Positions 39,036 to 48,540 of a stretch of DNA of 60,447 nt are shown one piece after another. A model generated the notes under the pieces. It was not told the DNA's origin and did no database searches. It worked only from the letters and a program-made list of their open reading frames with translations. The DNA lies in assembly GCA_044360305.1 (NCBI GenBank), contig JBIKKQ010000003.1:1-60447 (forward strand), in the 5' to 3' direction. The DNA is from Pirellulales bacterium. GTDB lineage: Bacteria > Planctomycetota > Planctomycetia > Pirellulales > UBA1268. Each line of letters opens with the position of its first letter. Position 1 is the stretch's first letter. Position numbers and translations under genes: made by a program.

Positions 39036-39144
39036 GGCCGGTCGTAACCGCGAAACCCTGAAGTGTACGGATTCGGGGTCGGCATGCAAGACGGCCATGT
39101 TTTCATGCCGAAACCGCCGGTCCGGCGGGCCTTTTGCCCCTCCC

Positions 39145-40329
39145 TCAGGCCAGCACCAGCTCCATCATCGAGAAGTCGTCGTTGAAGTCGTCGCGGCCGG
39201 AGACGCCCCGGATTCGCCCCAGCAGGGCATCGATCCGGCCGGCCGCGGCGGCCGACGGGCCGGCGAAGCACTGGAGAAATTCGCTGAACGGCCACATGCT
39301 CCCGTCCGGCCGGCCGATCTCGAAGGCCCCGTCGCTGTAGACGTAGAGGCTGGCCCCGGGGGGGACGACCGTCTCGCTGGAGTCGAATTCCAGGCCGTCC
39401 ACGGCGCCGATCAGGGGGCCATCGGAATCAAGGTGCCGGGGCTTCCCCCCGTCCGGGGGCACGAGCAGAGCCGGCGGATGGCCCCCTCCCGCCCAGCGCA
39501 GGGTCCGGTCCGACACCCGGTAGACCCCGTACCAGATGGTGAAGAACATGTCGTTCTGCCGCTCCATCGGGAACGCCTTGTTGAGGGCCGCGAGCACGGC
39601 CCCCGGGTCGTGGAAGTCGGTCTGGGCGAGCGCCTCGCTGCGGATCGCGTTGAGCGCCGACACCGACAGCAGCGCCGCCCCCACGCCGTGGCCGCAGACG
39701 TCGAGCAGATACATGGTGAAGTGGTCGTCGTCGAGGGCGTGGTAGCCGAAGGCATCGCCGCCGAGGGCGGCCGAGGGGATGAACCGCCAGTCGGCCCGGA
39801 TCCCCGCCGCGTCCCGCGGCGCCGGCAGCAGGCTGCGCACGTAACGGGCCGCGGTGGCCAGGTCGTTGGCCAGCACCTGCTGGCTGGCCTGCAGGGCGGC
39901 GAACGCCTCGTTTCGTTCCTGGAGGGCGATGTAGCCCCGCGAGTGGTGCCGCAGCCGGGCGACGAGCTCCAGTCGATCGGGCAGCTTGACGATGTAGTCG
40001 TTCGCCCCGAGGGCGAACGCCTCGGCCTTGACGGCCGCCTCCTCCTTGGTCGACAGGACGATGATCGGAACGTCGGCGAACCGGGAGTCGGCCCGGAACC
40101 GGCGGACCAGTTCCAGGCCCTCGATCTCCGGCATGACGAGGTCCTGGAGGATCACGCTCGGGCCGACCTCCGCCGCCATGCCGAGGGCCGCGGCGGCGTC
40201 GCGGCAGTAGTGGAGCGTCAGCCCATCCTCGCCCGCCAGCATCCGGCGCACGGCCTCGCCGATGATCGGCTGGTCGTCGACGAGGAGCACGGTGACGCCG
40301 CGGGGGGCGGGATGGGCGGGTGCGGACAT
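39145..40329 (-). CDS. Response regulator receiver + SpoIIE/PP2C phosphatase
   Basis: VLLVDD, ILQDLVMP, GANDYIVK; LGGDAF, DVCGHGVGAA, YSDG, DDFS. Confidence 0.93.
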   Translation of the reverse strand: MSAPAHPAPRGVTVLLVDDQPIIGEAVRRMLAGEDGLTLHYCRDAAAALGMAAEVGPSVILQDLVMPEIEGLELVRRFRADSRFADVPIIVLSTKEEAAVKAEAFALGANDYIVKLPDRLELVARLRHHSRGYIALQERNEAFAALQASQQVLANDLATAARYVRSLLPAPRDAAGIRADWRFIPSAALGGDAFGYHALDDDHFTMYLLDVCGHGVGAALLSVSALNAIRSEALAQTDFHDPGAVLAALNKAFPMERQNDMFFTIWYGVYRVSDRTLRWAGGGHPPALLVPPDGGKPRHLDSDGPLIGAVDGLEFDSSETVVPPGASLYVYSDGAFEIGRPDGSMWPFSEFLQCFAGPSAAAAGRIDALLGRIRGVSGRDDFNDDFSMMELVLA

Positions 40330-40450
40330 GGGGCTCGCTGCAAGGTCGGCTCAGAATAGCCGTGGCAACGGCCCCGCGCCACGGGCCGGGCGCCCGCCGG
40401 CCGTCGCCGCGGGGGGGGCGGGGCCGGACGACAGCCGACGTCCGACCGGA

Positions 40451-40942
40451 TCACTTCCGCGCCGGCTTCGCCCGGCAGGCGGGGGGCTCGGCGAGCGAGA
40501 AGCAGATCAATTCCTCCCCGGTCACGGTGGAGATGTCGTGGTGCACGCTGACGAGCTTCACGCCGGTGGCAAGCTCCACGATCTGCTCCAGCCGGGGCCG
40601 CCCGGTGGACACCATGTGGGAACGGACCTGCTTGAGCAATGCCCGACCATTGCCGTTGTCGGCGCCATGCCCATTGACGAGGCCATTGCCGACCGCGTGC
40701 ACGGCCCCGTTGCCGGTGGCGGGGCCGGCGCCGGGTTCATCACTGTCGCCATCCCCCGCCGCCATGTGGCAGGGGGCGACGAGCTGCCGCTCGGCAGGCG
40801 TGAGCACTCCCTGCAGCCGGACGACGAGCAGCGAGCCGATGAGGTGGGCCCGGATGTCCCGCGGCCCACGGCCGAGGAACTCCTGCTGGAATCGCGAGAT
40901 GCCGTCGCAGACGGCGGCCTCGATTTCGCCCTGGGATTTCAT
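40451..40942 (-). CDS. DUF2294 (MpsC-like) protein with a Gly/Asn-rich insertion
   Basis: MKSQGEIEAAVC...GRGP...LQGVLTPAE...HHDISTVTGEE. Confidence 0.88.
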   Translation of the reverse strand: MKSQGEIEAAVCDGISRFQQEFLGRGPRDIRAHLIGSLLVVRLQGVLTPAERQLVAPCHMAAGDGDSDEPGAGPATGNGAVHAVGNGLVNGHGADNGNGRALLKQVRSHMVSTGRPRLEQIVELATGVKLVSVHHDISTVTGEELICFSLAEPPACRAKPARK

Positions 40943-40944
40943 GG

Positions 40945-41217
40945 TCAGGCACCCGCCCTGTTCGCGACCTCCCTACCCGGGACGGCCGCCGCCCCGTTGC
41001 CGTTCGCGCCGGCGCCATTGCCCGCCGCGTGGCCGTCGCCGTTGCAGATCCGGTCCCAGACCTCGCGCCGGTGGATCGGCATCCGGGTGTCGGCCTCGAA
41101 GCCCAGCCGCACCCGGCCCCCCTCGATCTCCAGGATCGTGATCTCCAGCACGACCTGCAGCCCGTCGGGACGGCCGATCACCACGCTCTCACGATTCTTT
41201 CTCGTCAGCACCAACAT
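40945..41217 (-). CDS. csrA: Carbon storage regulator CsrA-family protein
   Basis: MLVLTRKNRESVVIG...VRLGFEA...IHRREV. Confidence 0.9.
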   Translation of the reverse strand: MLVLTRKNRESVVIGRPDGLQVVLEITILEIEGGRVRLGFEADTRMPIHRREVWDRICNGDGHAAGNGAGANGNGAAAVPGREVANRAGA

Positions 41218-41262
41218 GGGTCACCTTCTTCATGGTTGCGGCTCCCTCCGGAGGAAACGGGC

Positions 41263-41733
41263 TCAGGCGTGGGCGACTCCATTGCCGCCCGCGCGGGACG
41301 ATCCATTGATTCCGATGGCATGCCGGTGCGTGTTGACCGGCACTCCGAGCGCCGGCAGGCCGCGACCGAGCAGGAACAGATCGACGTCGATGCAGGTCGA
41401 AAACGTCTTCAGCAGGCTGCCGGTGACGGTGTCGACGTGCAGGATGGCCCCGCGCAGCTCGACGCCCGTGCTGCGCCGGACGTGGTTGACGAGCGAGTCG
41501 AGGGCGTGGTCGAACAGGTAGTGGTGAAAGTCGCTGACGCGGCGGCAGCCCCCCTCATCCACCGCCAGCCGGCGTTCGGCGGCCGTGAACGGCTCGTGGA
41601 TGTTCATCACGAGTCGGCCGCCGTCGGCGACCACGGTGACGCTCGCGGGGGCGCGGCCGAGGAGCAGGTGCTCGAAGGTTCCGGCGGCGTGCGCCACCTG
41701 CCTGGCGAGGCGTCGATCAGCTGGTTTCGACAT
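41263..41733 (-). CDS. Divergent DUF2294 (MpsC-like) protein
   Basis: LGRAPASVTVV...FTAAERRLA...TGVELR...VDTVTG aligns with the DUF2294 pattern GRGP / LTxAE / TGV / STxTGE. Confidence 0.7.
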   Translation of the reverse strand: MSKPADRRLARQVAHAAGTFEHLLLGRAPASVTVVADGGRLVMNIHEPFTAAERRLAVDEGGCRRVSDFHHYLFDHALDSLVNHVRRSTGVELRGAILHVDTVTGSLLKTFSTCIDVDLFLLGRGLPALGVPVNTHRHAIGINGSSRAGGNGVAHA

Positions 41734-41761
41734 GTATTCCCGCGGTCCCCGCGTTCCGTAC

Positions 41762-41818
41762 AAAAACAAAAAAAGCCGGCGGGAAAGAAGGCCCGAAGGC
41801 GTTCTCTCTCGCCGGCTT
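41762..41818 (-). terminator. Intrinsic terminator in the 5' leader of the DUF2294-csrA-DUF2294 operon (attenuator)
   Basis: Minus strand AAGCCGGCGAGAGAGAAC-GCC-TTCG-GGC-CTTCTTTCCCGCCGGCTTTTTTTGTTTTT: long stem, cUUCGg tetraloop, U-tract ending ~30 nt before ATG 41733. Confidence 0.85.
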
Positions 41819-42140
41819 ACGCTGCGACGGACCCTCCGGCCGTGCCGGACTGCCCCTCGTCTCGTCTTCCGTATGGTGTGGCATCCGGACCGCGTTGCGG
41901 ACCGGACATTCGCTCGGCCGCGGGGCGAAAAAATCGCCTCACGTCCTCGCGACGTCACGGATTGTAGTGGGGAATATGGGAAACACAAGCAGCATTTGCG
42001 GATTGCGTAATTTGCGTGGACGAAGTGTCGCTTGCCGCCGATGCGACACTCTGTTTCGTCCCGTTCATCGCGCACGATCGCTGCGACCGGAAACTTGGTC
42101 GCCCTGATTCGCCGTGCCGCGCGGCGTTGCCGAACAGACA

Positions 42141-42170
42141 ACAGACCCCCACTGTGGTGGGGTTTGTTTT
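42141..42170 (+). terminator. Terminator-like hairpin upstream of the rightward DUF2294 gene
   Basis: ACAGACCCC...GGGGTTTGT stem followed by TTT, 27 nt before ATG 42197. Confidence 0.4.
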
Positions 42171-42196
42171 GGCGTCGCGTCTGCGAGGTGTCGGCG

Positions 42197-42583
42197 ATGA
42201 AGTCCCAGGGGGAGATCGAGGCTGCGGTGTGCGACGCCGTGTCGCGTTTTCAGCAGGAATACATGGGCCGCGGGCCGCGCCATGTGCACACGCATCTCGT
42301 CGAGAACCGGCTCTTCGTCCACCTTCAGGGCGTGCTCACGGCGGCGGAGCAGCGGCTGATCGAGGGGCGAGGCAACGGCGATGGGCGGGGGATCGAACTG
42401 CTCAAGCAGTTGCGCAGTCAGCTGGTGCAGGCCGGACAGGCGCTGCTGGAGACGCTGGTGTGCGAGGCGGCCGGTTCGGCGCCGATCAGCGTCCACCACG
42501 ACATCAGTCCGGCCACCGGCGAGGAGGTGCTCGTCCTGACGCTCGCGGCCCGCCCCCCGTGCCGCGAGCGGCGTGGCCGGTGA
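42197..42583 (+). CDS. DUF2294 (MpsC-like) protein, paralog of 40451-40942
   Basis: MKSQGEIEAAVCDAVSRFQQEYMGRGP...LQGVLTAAE...HHDISPATGEE; GAGGTG RBS. Confidence 0.88.
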   Translation: MKSQGEIEAAVCDAVSRFQQEYMGRGPRHVHTHLVENRLFVHLQGVLTAAEQRLIEGRGNGDGRGIELLKQLRSQLVQAGQALLETLVCEAAGSAPISVHHDISPATGEEVLVLTLAARPPCRERRGR

Positions 42584-42598
42584 CGGGACCGACCGCGA

Positions 42599-42817
42599 CT
42601 ACGGCCAAAGCGTGACGCGGCGCTCGAGCCACCCGGGCCGCGCGGGCAAGCGTTCAAGTTCGGTGTAGTACATCGCGGCCGGATTGGCCCCGCGTTCCTC
42701 CATCCGCCTGACATGCCGGGCGACCGGACCGCACCGCAGCAGGGCGGGCAACGCCACCCCCCAGCCCACGGCCACCGCCGTGACGACGATCGCGAATCGC
42801 ACGAGCCTCCGGCTCAT
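42599..42817 (-). CDS. Small single-TM protein coupled to the YeiH-family gene
   Basis: ATGA overlap with the upstream stop; [24 protein letters not shown]...[11 protein letters not shown]. Confidence 0.6.
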   Translation of the reverse strand: MSRRLVRFAIVVTAVAVGWGVALPALLRCGPVARHVRRMEERGANPAAMYYTELERLPARPGWLERRVTLWP

Positions 42818-44199
42818 GGCCCGATCCCCTTCCTGAACAGCCAGCCGAACGTCAGGCTCGCCATGCCGAGGGTGAGCAGAAGGTTGAGGAGTTGCCCGCC
42901 GACGTACAGGACCAGCGGCCGGCCGCTCGCGAGGTACGGGGCGAGCTCGCGAATATTCGTCTGCAGTCCCATGCTGACGAAGCCCGCGCAGAACAACCAC
43001 CCGCGCAGCCGGGAGGTGTATCCCGTCGTCGCTCCATCGACACACAGCGCCATCTCCGGCGAACCGCCGAACAGCCCCGAGCAGACGATCGACGCGAGCA
43101 GAAAACCGAGGATGAACTTGGGAAACCGGGCCCAGGCCTCGGCGGCGAGCGATGCCTGACGCGGGGCCGAATCCCGCTCGACCCAGCCGGCCCAGTAGAC
43201 GGCCACGGCGAAGGCGATCACGCCGATCATCGAGTTCTGGATCATCTTCACGGTGGCCGCCACCTCGCCCGCCTCCTTGCCGATCGCCTCGCCGGCCGCC
43301 ACGACGGCGCCCGTCGCATCGATCGTGCCACCGAGCCAGGCACCCCCGACGATCGGGTCGAGTCCCAGCCAGGTGATCAACGGGGGCATCGCCACCATCA
43401 TGATCACCGTGAAGAACAGGGACAGGCCGATTGCGAGGGACAACTCCTCCTTCCTGGCGCGGCAGGCCGCACCGGTGGCGATCGCCGCGGACACCCCGCA
43501 CACCGACATGTCGGCCGAAATCACCATGCACAGCGACCGCGACGGGATCTTCATCAGTTTCACACCCGCCCAGTAGGTCGTCACGAGCACGACCGGAGTC
43601 ACGACCCACGACGTCAGCACGCCCGGGATTCCCAGTTCCAGCAGCCGGCTGAAAACCACCTCGGCCCCGAAGATGACGAGGCCCGTCTTGATGAGGAATT
43701 CACCCGCCAGGGCCCTCCCCAGCCAGGCGGGCACGCCGACCACGTTGCCGATCAGCAACCCGACGGCCAGGGCCCAGAGCGGATACTCGAGGTTGTAGTA
43801 GTGGATCACCTTCTGTGCCGCGAGCAGGTAGGCCGTGAAGGCCGCCAGCGCCAGCACAGCGGCTCCCGGCACGCCCTGCCGCACCGACACCCCCGCGAGC
43901 CCCGCCCCGGCAAGCCCCACGAGCACGACCTGCGCCATGCCGAGCATGACCGGCATCACCACGCTCCTGCCCTTGCGGTCGCGGGCCGCCTCGACCGGCG
44001 AATCGGCCCATGGCTGCGGCTTGTCGATCGTGGCAGAAAGTGGCGTGGGCCAGCCTTTCGGATGGGCCACCCGGCTCGCCGGCTCGGTGGTCGGACGCGC
44101 CACCCAGGTCGTGACCAGCGCGACCGCCACGAGCGACAGGCCGATGAAGGACGCTGCGGTGTCTTCGTGAAGGCCCCGGCTTCGGGAGGCAGAAGGCAT
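42814..44199 (-). CDS. YeiH-family putative sulfate exporter
   Basis: Multiple TMs; [42 protein letters not shown]. Confidence 0.9.
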   Translation of the reverse strand: MPSASRSRGLHEDTAASFIGLSLVAVALVTTWVARPTTEPASRVAHPKGWPTPLSATIDKPQPWADSPVEAARDRKGRSVVMPVMLGMAQVVLVGLAGAGLAGVSVRQGVPGAAVLALAAFTAYLLAAQKVIHYYNLEYPLWALAVGLLIGNVVGVPAWLGRALAGEFLIKTGLVIFGAEVVFSRLLELGIPGVLTSWVVTPVVLVTTYWAGVKLMKIPSRSLCMVISADMSVCGVSAAIATGAACRARKEELSLAIGLSLFFTVIMMVAMPPLITWLGLDPIVGGAWLGGTIDATGAVVAAGEAIGKEAGEVAATVKMIQNSMIGVIAFAVAVYWAGWVERDSAPRQASLAAEAWARFPKFILGFLLASIVCSGLFGGSPEMALCVDGATTGYTSRLRGWLFCAGFVSMGLQTNIRELAPYLASGRPLVLYVGGQLLNLLLTLGMASLTFGWLFRKGIGP

Positions 44200-44464
44200 G
44201 GGGTTTTCCAGCGCGGCAGGGAAGGAAATCCAGCGAGGCAACATCGCGTACAGCGCACGGTCCGGTTTTGGCCGGGCGGTCGCGGGCTGTCCGAACGACC
44301 GGGCAACGGCCACCGCTGACAGGTTATCGCGGGTCGGCCGCAGTTTGGCGAGCGTCTCCGTCGATCGGTTATTCTCACGCCGTGGGGACCACGGCGGCCG
44401 CGGTGGCCCGCACGCGACGACATCGACCAGCATGCCCCCGGCCGGGGCAGGGAGACACACCGGC

Positions 44465-44605
44465 ATGCCGACACGCTACTGGCTGATCCTGCTGCTCAGC
44501 CTGCTGGCCGGACTCGGGGTGCTGTTCGCCCGACCGACGGGCCGCAAGCCGCGGTCGTCCGTCCCGTGGCGCGGCCAGATCAAGCCGCCCCCGCCCCCGC
44601 CCTGA
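44465..44605 (+). CDS. Possible small membrane protein (46 aa)
   Basis: GGGAGA upstream; single hydrophobic helix [18 protein letters not shown]; poly-Pro tail. Confidence 0.4.
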   Translation: MPTRYWLILLLSLLAGLGVLFARPTGRKPRSSVPWRGQIKPPPPPP

Positions 44606-44644
44606 AACGTCCCGGCCGGCGCGAGGCCCGCGCGGCCCCCGGCA

Positions 44645-46717
44645 TCAGGGCCGCGGCACGGGGAATCCGCGCTTGCGCATCAGGGCGTCGATCGACGGAT
44701 CGCGGCCGCGGAACGCACGGTAGCTCTCCTCCGGCGGGATCGTGTTGCCGACCGCGAACACCCGCTCGTGCAGCCGCCGCGCCAGGTCCGCATCCCAGGG
44801 GCCGGCCGCCTCTTCGAACGCCTCCCAGGCGTCGGCTGTGATCATGTCGGCCCACAGATAGCTGTAGTAGCCTGCCGAGTAGCCGTCGTCGGCGAACAGG
44901 TGGAGGAAGTGCGGCGTCCGATGCCGCATCACGATCTCCGCCGGCATCCCCAGCCCGGCGAGCGTGTCGCGCTCGAAGGCGGCGGGGTCGGGCACGCCCC
45001 CGGCCGCGAGGTGCAGCCGCATGTCGATCAGGGCGCTGGCGAGGAACTCGACCGTCCGAAAACCCTCGTTGAACCGGCTCGCCCGCTCGATCCGGGCGAC
45101 GAGCTCGCGCGGCATGGGGCGGCCGGTCTCGTGATGGAGGGCGAAGCGGTCGAGGATCTCGGGCGTGGCCAGCCAGTGCTCGAGCACCTGCGAGGGAAAC
45201 TCGACGTAGTCGCGGGCCACGTTCGTGCCGGAGAGCGCGGGATACTCGACCCGCGAGCAGAGACCGTGCAGCGCATGGCCGAACTCGTGGAACAGCGTCC
45301 GCGCGTCGTCCCAGCTCAGCAGCGCCGGCTCGCCCGCCGCCGGCCGGGAAAAGTTGCAGTTGTTGGAGACGATCGCGGCGACGTCGCCGGCGAACCGTTC
45401 CTGGGACCGGTAGCTGCTCATCCAGGCTCCCGACCGCTTCCCCTTGCGGGCGAAGGGATCGAAGAAGAACAGGCCGACGCACCGGCCCGCGGCATCGTGG
45501 ACCTCCCAGACGCCGACGTCGGGGTGATAGACGGGCACGGTCCCCGGGGCGACCGGCGCGAACCGCAGGCCGAAGAGTTTGTCGGCGCAGAAGAACAGGC
45601 CTTCGCGCAGCCTGTCGAGTTGCAGGTAGGGCGTGATCTCCCCCTCGTCGAGGTCGTACGTCGCCTTCCGGACCCGCTCGGCGTAGAAGCGGTAGTCCCA
45701 GGGGGCGATGCGCACGCCGTTCCCCTCCGCGTCGGCGACGGCCTGCATGTCGGCGACCTCGGCGCGGACCCGGGCGAGCGCCGGCTGCCACACCGCCTCC
45801 ATCAGCGCCGCCGCCCGCTCCGGCGTCCGCGCCATCGAGTCCTCCAGCCGCCAGTGGGCGTGGGTCGCGAACCCGAGCAGCCGGGCCCGCTCCTGCCGCA
45901 GGGCGAGGATCCGGGCGACCGTCGCATGGTTGTCGGTCGGTCCGCCGCCGGCCCCGCGATCGACGAACATCCGCCACACCTGCTCGCGCAGGTCGCGTCG
46001 CTCGGCGTGGGTCAGGAACGGCTCCACGCTCGACCGCGTGTTGGCGATCAGCCAGCCGGCGCGGCCCCGCTCGCGGGCGGCGGCGGCCGCCGCCTCGCGG
46101 ACGGCCGGCGGGCAGCCGGCGAGGTCGGCCTCGTCGGCGAGGCACACCCCTTGCGTCTCCTCGTCGGCGAGCACGTTCTGGGCGAACGTCGTGAACAGAC
46201 CGGCCAGTTCCTCGTTGATCGCGGCGAGCCGGGTCTTGGCCGCGGCGTCGAGCCGGGCGCCGGCCCGCACGAGATCGGTGTGCTGCAGCCAGGCGAGCCG
46301 CTGCTGCTCGGGCGCGAGGCCGGACCGTTCGCGGGACTCGTGCACGGACGCCACGCGGGCGAAGAGTTTTTCGTTCTGCACGATCGTGTCGGCGACCGCG
46401 GCCAGCCGGGGCGCCATCCGGCGCTCGACTGCCTGCATGGCCTCGTCGTTGAGGGAGCCGCAGAACACGCCATACACCGCCCGGACCCGGTCGAGCATCC
46501 GCCCGGCCTGTTCGAGGGCGGCCGAGGTGTTGGCGAACGTGGCCGGCTCGGCCTGGTCGGCGATGGCCTCGATCCGCGCCAGGTGGTCGGCCAGCGCCGC
46601 TTCGAGGGCGGCCTCGAAGTCCGCGACCCGGGCCCGGTCGAACGGCGGCACGCCCCCATAGGGCCCCGACCACGGGGCGAGCAGCGGCTGAGATGCGGGG
46701 TCGGCGGCGGTTGTCAT
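44645..46717 (-). CDS. dcp: M3-family metallopeptidase (peptidyl-dipeptidase Dcp)
   Basis: KRSGAWM, FHEFGHALH, DYVEFPSQ, GYSAGYYSYLWA. Confidence 0.93.
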   Translation of the reverse strand: MTTAADPASQPLLAPWSGPYGGVPPFDRARVADFEAALEAALADHLARIEAIADQAEPATFANTSAALEQAGRMLDRVRAVYGVFCGSLNDEAMQAVERRMAPRLAAVADTIVQNEKLFARVASVHESRERSGLAPEQQRLAWLQHTDLVRAGARLDAAAKTRLAAINEELAGLFTTFAQNVLADEETQGVCLADEADLAGCPPAVREAAAAAARERGRAGWLIANTRSSVEPFLTHAERRDLREQVWRMFVDRGAGGGPTDNHATVARILALRQERARLLGFATHAHWRLEDSMARTPERAAALMEAVWQPALARVRAEVADMQAVADAEGNGVRIAPWDYRFYAERVRKATYDLDEGEITPYLQLDRLREGLFFCADKLFGLRFAPVAPGTVPVYHPDVGVWEVHDAAGRCVGLFFFDPFARKGKRSGAWMSSYRSQERFAGDVAAIVSNNCNFSRPAAGEPALLSWDDARTLFHEFGHALHGLCSRVEYPALSGTNVARDYVEFPSQVLEHWLATPEILDRFALHHETGRPMPRELVARIERASRFNEGFRTVEFLASALIDMRLHLAAGGVPDPAAFERDTLAGLGMPAEIVMRHRTPHFLHLFADDGYSAGYYSYLWADMITADAWEAFEEAAGPWDADLARRLHERVFAVGNTIPPEESYRAFRGRDPSIDALMRKRGFPVPRP

Positions 46718-46965
46718 GCGAATCCATCGGAGCGTAGCGGCTATCGACCGTCCGGCTCAAGCCGGCACGGCGGCCCGTGCCGGCCGGGGAGTTGCACGAT
46801 TCGGCCTGCCGCCGTCGGGTTCGGGAGGTCAGGCGTCCAGAAGGCCGGCTCGGTGAGGATCACTTTCGTAAGCCGACTGTCAGCCGACTGCGAGCGGTCT
46901 CGGGTGCGGTACTCATGACATCAGGCGACGGTCGTCACGAAGACAAAACGAGGTCGCTCGAAAGA

Positions 46966-46992
46966 TAGCCCGGTCAATCGCATCTCCGCAAC
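46966..46992 (-). repeat. Inverted, diverged copy of the repeat terminus
   Basis: Reverse complement GTTGCGGAGATGCGATTGACCGGGCTA vs GTTGCGGAAGTGCCATTGACCGGGCTA at 48654-48680. Confidence 0.75.
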
Positions 46993-47163
46993 CATCTCAG
47001 AGTTCCGGCGCCGGGCGGCTTCGCTGGCGAACCGCCACGTCCCGCGGAAAGTGTACGGCCGTTTACTTCCTCCGTCCACCCGCCGGTCCGCCCATGGTCG
47101 CCGCGGTCACAGGGTTTCCCTCGCGAATCCGACGCCGCCACCGGCGTGCCGGCCGTCGGCGGA

Positions 47164-47303
47164 GCAGACGCGAGAACAACGCCTCCGATGCGGGTGCGGG
47201 GCGTTTCGAGAAACCCGCTCCGGACGCCCGGGCCGCTCCTCCCGAGGCTCACGAGTCGCTCATCAGCCGGAAGACCGTTGCGGAAGTGCCGTTGACCGGG
47301 CTA
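47164..47303 (+). repeat. 140-bp direct repeat, copy 1 (putative IS91-like end)
   Basis: Identical to 48541-48680 except at 2 positions. Confidence 0.95.
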
Positions 47304-47407
47304 CCCTTTGAACGGGGCGGTGACCGTGGGATGCAACGTCCCGACGATAGCGTTGCCAGCCGCCAGGAAAACCACTACGTTCCCCGCTGGCATCGCGGAG
47401 GCAACGC

Positions 47408-48421
47408 GTGTCTGCAGCGGCCCCAGCTCCGACGTTCATCCCCGCGCGGCTGCTCACCAATTGTCACGTGCAGACAGTGCTGGGCACCGCGCTGCGACGA
47501 GCGGTCCTGCTTCCCGGCCTGCGGCGTCGGCGCATCGAACTTGCCGACGGCGACTTCGTCGATGTCGACGTTTTTGGGCCGGAAAGTCCGGGCCACGGCG
47601 ACCGACCATGGGCGCTGGTGCTCCACGGGCTCGAGGGCAGTTCACGCTCGTCGTATGTCAGGGGCATGACGGCGGCTCTCGTCGCTGCGGGCTGCGAAGT
47701 CTGCGTCGTCAACTACCGCGGCTGTTCCGGCGAGCCAAACCGCCTGGCGCGGGCGTACCATGCCGGTGAGACCGGGGATGTGCTGGCGGTGCTGGAGCAG
47801 CTCGGCGCTGAACGCCCCGGACGGCCGTCTGCGGCGGTCGGTTTCTCGATCGGTGGAAACATCCTGATGAAGATGCTCGGGGAGGATCCGGGGCGGGTTC
47901 CCGCGGGTCTCGTCGCGGCAATCGCCGTCTCGCCCCCCTTCGATCTCGAACGGTGCGCGCGGCATCTCGACCGTCGCTCCCGCACCGCCGCCGTCTACCG
48001 CGGGCAACTCCTGCGAACGCTGCGGAGAAAGGCGGTCGCCAAGCTGGCACGGTTTCCCCGGTGTGTGGCTGCGACGCCGAAGCAGCTGCGGGCTGCCCGC
48101 ACCTTCGCCCAATTTGACGAGCTCTACACGGCACCCGTGCACGGCTTCGAGAATGCGCGAGATTATTGGCGACGTTCGTCGGGCGTCCGCTACCTTCCGG
48201 CCGTGCGCCATCCATTGCTGATCGTGACGTCGCAGGACGACCCATTTTTTCCACGCGACTACGTACCCCGCGAAGTGGTGACCGCCAATGCCTGCCTCGA
48301 GCTCGTCCTCACCGATCGCGGCGGACACTGCGGGTTTATCGGCGGATCGTTGCGGTCGCCGACGTTCTGGGCCGAGCACGCGGTCCTTCACTACCTTGCC
48401 GGCCACCTCGGCTGGCGGTGA
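47408..48421 (+). CDS. YheT-family alpha/beta hydrolase
   Basis: HVQTV, VLHGLEGSSRSSY, NYRGCSGEPN, GFSIGGN, QDDPF, GGHCGF; GGAGG RBS. Confidence 0.92.
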   Translation: MSAAAPAPTFIPARLLTNCHVQTVLGTALRRAVLLPGLRRRRIELADGDFVDVDVFGPESPGHGDRPWALVLHGLEGSSRSSYVRGMTAALVAAGCEVCVVNYRGCSGEPNRLARAYHAGETGDVLAVLEQLGAERPGRPSAAVGFSIGGNILMKMLGEDPGRVPAGLVAAIAVSPPFDLERCARHLDRRSRTAAVYRGQLLRTLRRKAVAKLARFPRCVAATPKQLRAARTFAQFDELYTAPVHGFENARDYWRRSSGVRYLPAVRHPLLIVTSQDDPFFPRDYVPREVVTANACLELVLTDRGGHCGFIGGSLRSPTFWAEHAVLHYLAGHLGWR

Positions 48422-48494
48422 GCGGCAGCCCGCCACGCGGCCGGGAGCCAATGGCGTCGTCGAACTCACGCCCTTCGAGTTCCTCGATCGTTTA
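48420..48494 (+). mobile_element. IS91-family (Y2/HUH) transposase fragment
   Basis: TRPGANGVVELTPFEFLDRL resembles the LxPxEFLxRL motif near the C-terminus of IS91-family transposases. Confidence 0.55.
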
Positions 48495-48540
48495 CGCGAC
48501 CCACGCATGTCGGGAAACTGCACACTGGGACGCGATCCGC

